A stretch of 37,588 nt of DNA from a virus (lineage: Duplodnaviria > Caudoviricetes), in IMG/VR virus record IMGVR_UViG_3300025534_000019, positions 1 through 37,588 of that record. One strand, written 5' to 3'. How positions within the stretch are numbered: the first letter of the stretch is position 1; every line of letters starts with the position of its first letter. The notes beneath the pieces are model-generated. The model ran no database searches. It was not told where the DNA came from and saw only the letters and a program-made list of their open reading frames with translations. A program made the translations under genes and the position numbers. This document shows, piece by piece, positions 1-8,258 of this stretch.

Positions 1-2
1 CT

Positions 3-1091
3 AAACGAAGAATAGCGCAGTTAGACGGTGTTAAAACGTTTAATTTCGATTGGCCGCCACAAACGGAAGTGACGACAAGGCTGCGAGATATTCTCGAAGA
101 TAACGTAGATGAAAAGTATTATTTGAGAGAAGAGAAAACGGCGAAGTTGGTTGCGCAGTTGGAAGAACGCGGATTAAAGGATACCGATGAAATAGATGTT
201 GTAGGAAATTTAAAACCACCTAATTGCACTCGACACGGGCAACGTGATGATGTGTGGAGTGCTAATGGAATAGCGGGGACATTAAACGCTACAGATTATA
301 AACAACCGCGTCCTATCGCGGAAGAAATAATGCCTAATATGATCGGTCACATCGACTTAAAAGGCCACGACGCAACGACAATGGGCGGAGGGCATCGTGA
401 ACCTAAGATTGCGGAGGAACAATTAAAGAAAGGTGGTATAGATGTCTGCGAGAAAGAAAGAAACACCATTAAGATATTGCGAAACTTGCGGAAAGAAATT
501 GGAGAGGAAACGTTTGCCGAATGGAGATTTAGAGTACTTAATTCACTTCAATCGTCGGAAATATTGCGACAGAAATTGTATGGCGAAATCATTCAAAGGG
601 CGGAAGATAACGGACGATCCAAGTTGGTACACAGCGCACAAATGGGCGCGAGAGATAAAGAAAGCGGAAATGTGCGAGATATGTGGCTCGACGAAGAACG
701 TAGAAATACATCACAAGGACGAGAATTGGAAGAACAATTCGCCCGAGAACTTGCAAGCGTTATGTCGGAGTTGTCATGTCAAAACGCATCGGCCGAAAAA
801 ATCTTGCAAGATATGCGGGAAACCACAAAAGGGTCTCGGTTATTGCAACAAGCATTACATCAGATTCAAGAAATATGGAGACCCTCTATTCAAGAAAAAC
901 GGTACAGAATCAGAAAACTAACTCCGAGGGAAACATTCAGACTCCAAGGCTTCCCCGACAGCGAGTTCGACAAACTCGTTGCCGCCGGAATTAGCAATTC
1001 GCAATTGTACAAAATGGCCGGCAATGCGGTTACTGTAAACGTTGTAGAAGCGATAGCCAAACGACTTATTCCGATGTTAATCGAAAAATAA
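3..1091 (+). CDS. DNA cytosine-5 methyltransferase, C-terminal part (5' partial), carrying an in-frame ~160-codon insert
   Basis: Frame open from position 3 (KRRIAQLDGVKTFNFDWPPQ...). LRDILE motif, TRD-like repeats (TLNATDYKQP, TTMGGGHREPKI), C-terminal motifs IX/X (YRIRKLTPRE.FRLQGFPD; QLYKMAGNAVTVNVV). Confidence 0.93.
   Translation, partial: KRRIAQLDGVKTFNFDWPPQTEVTTRLRDILEDNVDEKYYLREEKTAKLVAQLEERGLKDTDEIDVVGNLKPPNCTRHGQRDDVWSANGIAGTLNATDYKQPRPIAEEIMPNMIGHIDLKGHDATTMGGGHREPKIAEEQLKKGGIDVCEKERNTIKILRNLRKEIGEETFAEWRFRVLNSLQSSEILRQKLYGEIIQRAEDNGRSKLVHSAQMGARDKESGNVRDMWLDEERRNTSQGRELEEQFARELASVMSELSCQNASAEKILQDMRETTKGSRLLQQALHQIQEIWRPSIQEKRYRIRKLTPRETFRLQGFPDSEFDKLVAAGISNSQLYKMAGNAVTVNVVEAIAKRLIPMLIEK
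442..921 (+). CDS. HNH endonuclease with Zn-finger motifs, nested in the +1 frame of the methyltransferase
   Basis: CEICG...EIHHKDENWKNNSPENLQALCRSCHVKTH HNH core; extra CxxC motifs; RBS AAGGTGGT just upstream of ATG 442. Confidence 0.88.
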   Translation: MSARKKETPLRYCETCGKKLERKRLPNGDLEYLIHFNRRKYCDRNCMAKSFKGRKITDDPSWYTAHKWAREIKKAEMCEICGSTKNVEIHHKDENWKNNSPENLQALCRSCHVKTHRPKKSCKICGKPQKGLGYCNKHYIRFKKYGDPLFKKNGTESEN

Positions 1092-1440
1092 ACACTTTCC
1101 CATCGCTTGAGCCACGATCATACGCGAATTTGTACGGAGCTTCTTCGATCGGAAACGGATGTTGCTTAACGAATCGCTTTGCCGACATGTAGTATCGTTT
1201 GTCAATGACGTACTGCGCTAGGTCGGCGTGAATATCGTCAATTACGCCAGGCTTGACGATGGCAAGCGCTTTGTCGGCCGCTCGGTAGGCGATCGCAAGG
1301 CGAGTGTACGGCTTTATGCCGAGCAATTTACGGGCGGCCGTGTTTATGTAGAATCTGCGTTGATTATCCAGCGTAATTGAAGGCGTGCCATCGGCTGGCA
1401 CAAATTCGAACCCCTTTAAAAGATTATCGTATTTCTTCAA
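1066..1440 (-). CDS. hypothetical protein
   Basis: 124-aa ORF, TTG start with GGGGTG RBS, fills the gap between two MTase genes on the opposite strand. Confidence 0.7.
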   Translation of the reverse strand: MKKYDNLLKGFEFVPADGTPSITLDNQRRFYINTAARKLLGIKPYTRLAIAYRAADKALAIVKPGVIDDIHADLAQYVIDKRYYMSAKRFVKQHPFPIEEAPYKFAYDRGSSDGKVFIFRLTSE

Positions 1441-1516
1441 ACGAACACCCCATTTTATAATTTTACGATAATTTTAACCGGTTGATTAACGAAAATCAAG
1501 CGAAAGGCGGGATTCA

Positions 1517-2773
1517 ATGGGAAAGGCCGAAAGAAAACGATGGGCGGCCAATGTTAAGGCCATGGAAATCGTCGCAAAAGATCGTAGCGAAATAACTGAC
1601 GAGGACATACGGTTCCTTCGCGAAAACTACACGTCAACTGGCGGTCTTTTGCCGAAAGGCTTCAATGGTGGCGCGTTCTTCACGCCAACCCATGTCGCCA
1701 AGTTCATGTGGGCCGTGCTGAAGCCGCGACTGCCAAAAGCGCCAAAGGTGTTGGAACCTGCGGCCGGAGCCGGCGTTTTTCTCGAGCACGCACCGGCCGA
1801 TGCCGAAATCACCGCGATTGAACTGGATCCGACAAGCGCGAAAGTGACTTCGCTTATTTACCCGCGTGCGAACGTCATTCAGGGCAACGCCATTTTACAC
1901 AATCGCGAAAATTATTACGATGTTGTGATCGGCAACCCGCCATATGGCCAAACAATCACGATCAAAACCTATGAAGGCGATTTTAGCGACTGGATGACGC
2001 TATCTAAACGAAAAAATGAATGGCGCGGCAAGTCGGAAGCCGTGTTCATTGAGCACGCGATCCGAAACACGAAACCTGGCGGTTATATTGCGTTCATTCT
2101 GCCGATGGGCGTTTCGTTCAATACGCAAACGCGCAAAGCCCGCGAGCTGCTATTTAACAATTGTTGGCAAGTCGCGACGATCATGCTGCCGGGCGAAACG
2201 TTCCAGCACGTTGGAACCACGGTGTCGACGCAAATATTAATTGTGCGAAAAGTTACGCCAAACGCCCGTAAAATCAAGGCAGTCACAAAACGATGGGGCA
2301 GTAACTTTAAACGATCTGATTGGAACGATATTGACGGCTTTGGCGCGGAATTTTTCGAAGGTCAAACACCTGCATACTTCGCAAAGGTAACCGACATTGG
2401 TTGGGACGAAAAAGGTCGGTCAACCGACAAATGGGGCGATGGTTTAACGCAACTAGACGAATTAGTCGAAGATTTTACCGACGGAAACCTGATGCGAGAA
2501 AACTTATACCCGCATTTGCCGTCATGGTACGGTATCGAAAAAGGAAATGAAGCTTTCTTCTTTTCGCACGGCAACGACACTTGTGACGGTTTTCGTGACG
2601 CAAGTCGAACGTATCCTGACGGACCTTACCGTTGGCAAGAACTGACGCTCGGCGCTGGCGAAGAAGTCGAGTGGCGGCGCGTGGACGGCACGGTCGAATT
2701 GCGGTCAACGTGGGATTTCGATTGGCAGGACGAGATTGTGGCGGAATGGCAAGCCACGAAGGAGGCGGAATGA
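1517..2773 (+). CDS. N6-adenine DNA methyltransferase (gamma-type motif order)
   Basis: Motif I VLEPAAGAG followed by motif IV VIGNPPY; GGYIAFILP. Confidence 0.9.
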   Translation: MGKAERKRWAANVKAMEIVAKDRSEITDEDIRFLRENYTSTGGLLPKGFNGGAFFTPTHVAKFMWAVLKPRLPKAPKVLEPAAGAGVFLEHAPADAEITAIELDPTSAKVTSLIYPRANVIQGNAILHNRENYYDVVIGNPPYGQTITIKTYEGDFSDWMTLSKRKNEWRGKSEAVFIEHAIRNTKPGGYIAFILPMGVSFNTQTRKARELLFNNCWQVATIMLPGETFQHVGTTVSTQILIVRKVTPNARKIKAVTKRWGSNFKRSDWNDIDGFGAEFFEGQTPAYFAKVTDIGWDEKGRSTDKWGDGLTQLDELVEDFTDGNLMRENLYPHLPSWYGIEKGNEAFFFSHGNDTCDGFRDASRTYPDGPYRWQELTLGAGEEVEWRRVDGTVELRSTWDFDWQDEIVAEWQATKEAE

Positions 2774-3015
2774 TGGCGAAAGTTCCTAACCTTGCGGAAT
2801 GTCAGCCAAGGTTTGTAGCGTATTGTAAGGCGCATGGCTTACACGAGGGCGACGAATGGCAGACTTGGGAATATATGGCGTGGATTTCGAAAAAAGCAGC
2901 GGAATTTCGCAAGTTACACGGGCTGTCGCGCTGGGATTCTTTCGACAAGCTAGGTGCCGACGGACATAAGCAATTTACGAGATTCCTAGAAACGGAGGCG
3001 GAAAAGTGTGAGTGA
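2770..3015 (+). CDS. hypothetical protein
   Basis: ATGA overlap with the upstream stop, RBS AAGGAGG; MMAKVPNL... Confidence 0.7.
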   Translation: MMAKVPNLAECQPRFVAYCKAHGLHEGDEWQTWEYMAWISKKAAEFRKLHGLSRWDSFDKLGADGHKQFTRFLETEAEKCE

Positions 3016-3655
3016 AAATAGAACCGAACGTCTGAAAAGCATTGATGATGCGCTTGAACGGATGTGGAAACGAGGCGGCGAAATGACCGCAATAGACCAC
3101 GACTTAATGCAATCGCTCGAATACACCGGTCCGTACGCCTGCCGTTACACTTGCGCCGACTGTCGCCATTTCACCCACGAATCAAAGACATGCGCCATGC
3201 TGGCTAACCCCGCGATTAAAATCTCCGCCAAAAACAACGTTTGCCGCCTGTTCGACGCCCGCATTAAAAATCCGTCGGCGCCGCCGTTTAACTTAGACGA
3301 TTACCTCGAATTTCTCGGTTCGGACTATTACCGACCGTGGAGCGTTGATCGAACGCAAGTGATCGGAAAAGTGTGGGGACCGATTGAAAGCGGATTTGAT
3401 GCGAAAGGTGTATGGCGTACGAAATACGGATGGAAACCGGTTTACAAATCGTATGACAAACCATATTGCCGAACGAGTTTCCCACGTTGCTACGTTTACT
3501 ACGATAAGTACACGTTCGAAATCGACTACCGACTTTACCGCGAGCTTATGTTTTACCGTGATGGAGCGATTCATTACGTGGTTAAACGTTGGCGGGAAAC
3601 AGAACGGGCGCGGAAGGAGAATACGGAATATAACGGAGTGGAGGACGTTAGATGA
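3008..3655 (+). CDS. hypothetical protein with Cys cluster (CxxCxxF...C...C)
   Basis: 215-aa ORF overlapping neighbours, RBS GGAGG. Confidence 0.7.
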   Translation: MSENRTERLKSIDDALERMWKRGGEMTAIDHDLMQSLEYTGPYACRYTCADCRHFTHESKTCAMLANPAIKISAKNNVCRLFDARIKNPSAPPFNLDDYLEFLGSDYYRPWSVDRTQVIGKVWGPIESGFDAKGVWRTKYGWKPVYKSYDKPYCRTSFPRCYVYYDKYTFEIDYRLYRELMFYRDGAIHYVVKRWRETERARKENTEYNGVEDVR

Positions 3656-3966
3656 TACCTAAAATAATCGAACTTGACCGGGATAGAATTTTAAAGCGAA
3701 TAGGTTATTACAAGAAAGATTGGCGCGTGTTTATCGTTAATGGATTCGGTTTCGTTGGCGCTATCGAAATAATTACCGAAGGCCAAGGAGCGTTCGGACT
3801 TGGCGGGCGCGCTGTCGTAGTCGTCCGTAATTTCGTGAAATTCATACAAGTAGGCGGAAATGGTTACTACGTGCCGCCCGAGTATTTTATCGCAAAAATA
3901 CGGACCGAAATTAACGACGAACGACTACCGCAGAAAATTCTAAAACGCTTGGAGGCGATGAAATGA
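3652..3966 (+). CDS. hypothetical protein
   Basis: ATGA coupling, RBS GGAGG. Confidence 0.7.
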   Translation: MIPKIIELDRDRILKRIGYYKKDWRVFIVNGFGFVGAIEIITEGQGAFGLGGRAVVVVRNFVKFIQVGGNGYYVPPEYFIAKIRTEINDERLPQKILKRLEAMK

Positions 3967-4118
3967 ACGATAGGCAAATTGCGGAAAAAATTTGCGAGAT
4001 TTTACGTAAGAACGGAATTGAAGCGGTTTGGACGCTTATTGATATGGAGGACGCTAATGTCGGACACATAGAATTAACATTTGAAATCACGGAAGGTGAC
4101 GGAATTGTCCGCAACTAA
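3963..4118 (+). CDS. small hypothetical protein (51 aa, MNDRQIAEKICEIL...)
   Basis: Read manually: ATGA overlap, RBS GGAGG, open to TAA 4116-4118; absent from the ORF track. Confidence 0.6.
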   Translation: MNDRQIAEKICEILRKNGIEAVWTLIDMEDANVGHIELTFEITEGDGIVRN

Positions 4119-4515
4119 TCACGACAAACAAGCGAAAATGCGAACGTATGAAGCACGTTTTGCCTTTAACTCACCATCCGGTGTGAAACGCTTATTGCGC
4201 GACTACCACGCGTTAGTTGAACGGCAATATGACGGCGACTATGACGCAGTTATCTTGCTCGTTGACTTGGCAACGGCGATTGAATTGGCGGGCCTGACCG
4301 AAAGGCAGCGTGAGGCACTTACGCTAGTGTATTTCGAGGACTTATCGCAGGTGGAAGCAGGCGAGCGGATGGGAGCCAGCAAGCAAACGGTCAATCGACT
4401 GGTTACGGTGGCAACGGCAAAGGTGGCGCGTGTGTACGAAGAGTGGGCGAGAATGGGCGAAGGGTACGCGCTTGGCGTAGACAATTCGATTACTGATGCG
4501 GAAGGGGAGCGGTAG
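4105..4515 (+). CDS. sigma-70 region 4-like HTH protein (putative late transcription regulator)
   Basis: LTERQREALTLVYFEDLSQVEAGERMGASKQTV motif; TTG start after GGAAGGTG. Confidence 0.8.
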   Translation: MSATNHDKQAKMRTYEARFAFNSPSGVKRLLRDYHALVERQYDGDYDAVILLVDLATAIELAGLTERQREALTLVYFEDLSQVEAGERMGASKQTVNRLVTVATAKVARVYEEWARMGEGYALGVDNSITDAEGER

Positions 4516-4516
4516 G

Positions 4517-5305
4517 ATGAGCGAAAAGAAAACGTTAGGAAGCCTTGAGTTAAACCGGATTTATCAGATGGATTGCTTAGAGGGAATGCGATTGTTGCCG
4601 GATGGTAGCGTGGATTTGATTATTGCGGATCCACCTTATTTCCAAATTAAAGGTGATTTTGATTTTAAATGGAGAAGTAGACGAGACTGGTTAGAATGGT
4701 GTGGTTTATGGATTTATCAATGTGTTAGGGTTCTTAAAGAAGGCGGTAGTTTTTATATTTGGGGCGGTTGGTCGAACATTTCTTGGATACAAGTTTATAT
4801 TGAGGAAAATTATGACGTCACATTGAGGAATAAAATTATTTGGCACTACGGTTCCGGAAATAGAGCAACAAGAATTTTTGCTCCTAGACATGAAGAATGT
4901 TTATTTTATACAAAAGGTCGGAAAAGGTATACGTTTAATATTGATGATGTAAGAATCACATCTAAATATAACGATAAAAGAAATCATCCTCTAGGTAAGA
5001 ACCCCACAGATTGTTGGTATTTCAACAGGTATCCTGCTAACGATAGAAGATACACAGGTCATCCAACACAAAAACATGACGGTGTGTGTAATCGAATAAT
5101 TAAAGCGTCATCAAACGTTGATGATATTGTGTTAATACCTTTCGTTGGTAGCGGATCGGAATGCGTAGCCGCCCTTCGTAATAATCGAAACTTCATCGGC
5201 TTCGAAATCGAGCCCGAATACGTCCGCATCGCCAACCAACGCCTCGAAAACGTGCGCGACGAACTGGCCGAACGTAAATTAACCGAAGGGACTGACGTGG
5301 AATGA
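4517..5305 (+). CDS. N4-cytosine/N6-adenine DNA methyltransferase (beta class)
   Basis: DCLEGM, IIADPPY (motif IV) before HPTQK and PFVGSGS (motif I). Confidence 0.93.
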   Translation: MSEKKTLGSLELNRIYQMDCLEGMRLLPDGSVDLIIADPPYFQIKGDFDFKWRSRRDWLEWCGLWIYQCVRVLKEGGSFYIWGGWSNISWIQVYIEENYDVTLRNKIIWHYGSGNRATRIFAPRHEECLFYTKGRKRYTFNIDDVRITSKYNDKRNHPLGKNPTDCWYFNRYPANDRRYTGHPTQKHDGVCNRIIKASSNVDDIVLIPFVGSGSECVAALRNNRNFIGFEIEPEYVRIANQRLENVRDELAERKLTEGTDVE

Positions 5306-5691
5306 ATAACGAACAATTTAACGCAAGAATCAACGAACTATGGACACAGACAAAGGCGGGCAAACTGGACCGTAGGTCCCGGTTCGCCGCAATTGAACGG
5401 CTGACGGACGAATACATTGCCGCGACTGGCCGCCGACCTGACCCGGCGCATCTTGACCGACTGGCGACGCTTTGTTTGTACGAGGAGATTACCGACCCGC
5501 ATCCGGACAAAATGGCGCTGGAAGAGGACGCGGTCATGAGCGACCGGCAATATGGCAGGCGAAAGAAGTCGGAAATATGGCGCGAGGAGGTTCACGTTGG
5601 GCCTGCGCATGTGACCGGCAAACGGTCGGTAGCTTATACGGACGATGATGGCGGTATGCAAAGCGGTAAGAATACGTACTATTTGCGCTAA
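5302..5691 (+). CDS. hypothetical phage protein
   Basis: ATGA-coupled 129-aa ORF. Confidence 0.7.
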   Translation: MNNEQFNARINELWTQTKAGKLDRRSRFAAIERLTDEYIAATGRRPDPAHLDRLATLCLYEEITDPHPDKMALEEDAVMSDRQYGRRKKSEIWREEVHVGPAHVTGKRSVAYTDDDGGMQSGKNTYYLR

Positions 5692-5782
5692 AACCGACTT
5701 ACTTCCGCTTAATCAGTTGGTTATATAAGCAGGGAAAGGGAACTTTTTACAACGGCTCGTCAAGGAGACGTGAATAGGGATT

Positions 5783-5809
5783 AGCGCTGGGTTGAACCGG
5801 CGCTTTTTT
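5783..5809 (+). terminator. intrinsic terminator
   Basis: AGCGCTGG-gttgaa-CCGGCGCT hairpin followed by a T run. Confidence 0.7.
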
Positions 5810-5858
5810 AAATTTATTTTAAATTCAACGAAAATCTAACGAAATAGGAGGAAATATA

Positions 5859-6230
5859 ATGGTACTAGATTTGATATATTGTCCTTATTGCGAAATTGAG
5901 CATGTACCGTCAAAAACAGTAGATAATCAAGGTAATGTTGTTGGATTATTTTGCGATTGTGAAAGACTTTTGATTCGTGTAAATACTCCGTATTGGAATG
6001 GCGAAAGCATTCTTCCGCAGTTAAACCGTTTCTTAAAAGCTAGTGTTCACTTGAATTCGCTAAAGAAAATGGATAATGACACCATACGCCGTCTTTCGAA
6101 AAAGATGGCTTATTTATTTTTGCAAACAAAATACGGTAAAGAACGAAAGATAAATTACGCATTTGTTGAGTATCATACCCGCGACATTATTTATAACCTG
6201 CGAGAAAGCGTGGTGAGCGCTAATGAGTAG
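5859..6230 (+). CDS. hypothetical protein, possible Zn-binding (CPYC...CDC)
   Basis: RBS AGGAGG, 123 aa. Confidence 0.7.
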   Translation: MVLDLIYCPYCEIEHVPSKTVDNQGNVVGLFCDCERLLIRVNTPYWNGESILPQLNRFLKASVHLNSLKKMDNDTIRRLSKKMAYLFLQTKYGKERKINYAFVEYHTRDIIYNLRESVVSANE

Positions 6231-7017
6231 TTTACGCGTTATAGACATCGAAACTGGCGAAGATAGATCGAGCGAATACACGCTGAGACATCGCAATCAA
6301 GACGATGCTTATCGTAAATTAAAAGAAAAACGCAGCAGGCAACCGGACTTTACCGCCTCAAATATGCGTAATCTGCACGAAGTATATAACGTATTAACAA
6401 CGACACAATGCGGTTATTTAATGTTGTTGCAATGCTACGTTGATTACGGCGAAGGAACAATCGTAAAAAGCGATAAAACGCCAATGACAACAAGCAATAT
6501 GATGAGCGTTTTACAATTAAATCGCAAACGAAGTACGTTTTACAATTTCTTAGGAGCGTGTGTTGAACACGGTATTATTATCGAAAATAACGACACGTAT
6601 GCGGTAAATCCTCGATACCATTTCCGTGGCGCTTTCGCAGATCAATACGTTGTGAAGTCGTACACTACGAAAATAAAACGAGTTTATCGCGAAGTTAAAG
6701 CGGCTGACATCGGATTGATTTATCGCATGTTGCCGTTTGTTCATTACGAAACGAACGCTCTTTGCGAGAATCCATTCGAAACGAACCCGGATAAAATACG
6801 ATGGTTTACACGTAAAACATTGGCGGAAGCGATCGGAGTTTCGCCGAGCGAAATTAGTCGCAGATTACCGAAAATGACGTTTGACGGCGAATATGTAATA
6901 GCGCAAGTAATCGTAGGTGGCAAGCGTGTTTATATGTTTAATCCGTGGGTATTTTATCGCAAGAATAGCGAACCTGATAAAACGTTACAAGCGGTATTTA
7001 ACGTTAAGCCGAAATAA
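6223..7017 (+). CDS. RepL-like replication/maintenance protein (winged-helix)
   Basis: Two wHTH-like segments ending in YAVNPRY and YMFNPWVFYR, reminiscent of Firmicute RepL-type proteins; followed by direct repeats. Confidence 0.6.
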   Translation: MSSLRVIDIETGEDRSSEYTLRHRNQDDAYRKLKEKRSRQPDFTASNMRNLHEVYNVLTTTQCGYLMLLQCYVDYGEGTIVKSDKTPMTTSNMMSVLQLNRKRSTFYNFLGACVEHGIIIENNDTYAVNPRYHFRGAFADQYVVKSYTTKIKRVYREVKAADIGLIYRMLPFVHYETNALCENPFETNPDKIRWFTRKTLAEAIGVSPSEISRRLPKMTFDGEYVIAQVIVGGKRVYMFNPWVFYRKNSEPDKTLQAVFNVKPK

Positions 7018-7261
7018 AACGTGCTAAAGCACGTGCAGGCGTCCAAGCTAACACTTGGCCACCTGCAATCAAGATATCATTGTCGCAGAATCAAAAGAAG
7101 TGATTATGTATATCCTGTTCGCTGATTTGCGGAACGAAGCGAACGTATGTGAGCGAAGTGACGCACTTTGTCGAAGACAAAGATGACAAAGATAAAGAAA
7201 TAATTTCGCCTCAAAAATCGCTGTATCCCTTGCGGCTGTAAGGCTGAACGCTGTTTTTGGG

Positions 7262-7316
7262 TGTCCAAATAAGCGCACACTTTTTGGCGATTTGTCCAAA
7301 TAAGCGCACACTTTTT
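7262..7316 (+). repeat. perfect 24-bp direct repeat x2 (iteron-like)
   Basis: TGTCCAAATAAGCGCACACTTTTT at 7262-7285 and 7293-7316; period 31 bp. Confidence 0.9.
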
Positions 7317-7837
7317 CCGTGCCGATGTAACACGCTGCCTATTCGCCAATATAATAATGAAGCTTATCGGAATAGTCGCGTGTTTGTCCGTTACGAGAAC
7401 GGTCGATTTCGCCGGGCAACGCGTTCACGGCGGACAGACCGCCGAAAACTCGAGGGGTTGGCGTTATCTCGAATTCGAAATTTATGCATTCGACAACCGA
7501 TTCACAAACTCGCAAACACGCCGCAAATAGCGCCATATCAACGTTTGCATAAAATCGTGCATAAACGATAATTCGCGTAACTTTGTGAAATGGCGTTATA
7601 TCAACGTTTATTCATCGACTGTATATTACATAAAAGACCTTATGTAAAGTAGCGATGAATATACTATACATCGATATGCAACGAACAAGTGTTCGCCGAA
7701 ATAGGGGCGGGGGTATCGGTTTTTCGAAATTCGCGCCCTGAGCCCGAAACATTTCTTACAAAATTCCAGAACTCGAAGGCTAAGCGGAGTGGCTACGATG
7801 CCCTCCGTTATTTTATTCCACGAAAGGAGGACGTATT

Positions 7838-8257
7838 ATGCAACGTTTTCAATACGACGAAACGAAACTAAAGCCCGGTCAAAAGGAAGCGGCGGTCTTA
7901 CTCGTTGAATACGATTTTACCGATAAGGACGAGCGCAAAACGAAAGAGGAAATCGCTGCTGAGGTCGGCGTCTCACGCATGACGCTTCATCGCTGGGAAA
8001 CGGGCGACGAAAACTTTATCGCTTATAAAAATTACGTTGCCAGCACGTACGTCAACACGTATTTGCCGTTCGTTTACAAAAAACTAATCGACGGTATTTC
8101 GCGCGGCTCGATGAAAGGGATCGAATTGTTCTTGAAGCGCGTCGGCGATCTTGACGACAAAACCGAAATCACACTTAACGATAATCGCGACAACCAGTCG
8201 TTCGAAGAACGTAAAGCGGCGTTACTTGCACGTTTAGGCGAAAAGGACGGCGAGTAG
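7838..8257 (+). CDS. terS: phBC6A51-type HTH protein, probable terminase small subunit
   Basis: EEIAAEVGVSRMTLHRW HTH, immediately upstream of the large terminase; RBS AAGGAGG. Confidence 0.8.
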   Translation: MQRFQYDETKLKPGQKEAAVLLVEYDFTDKDERKTKEEIAAEVGVSRMTLHRWETGDENFIAYKNYVASTYVNTYLPFVYKKLIDGISRGSMKGIELFLKRVGDLDDKTEITLNDNRDNQSFEERKAALLARLGEKDGE

Positions 8258-8258
8258 T

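Noticed and set aside
420-900. Intein or intron explanation for the MTase insert
   Set aside because: No C-terminal HN followed by C/S/T and no group I P7 or group II domain V seen; not experimentally excluded.
7262-7316. CRISPR mini-array or RNA anti-CRISPR
   Set aside because: Only two copies separated by 7 bp; no resemblance to repeat families I recognise; no cas genes.
7069-7871. Short ORFs in the RepL-terS interval
   Set aside because: No RBS, run through repeats, implausible composition.
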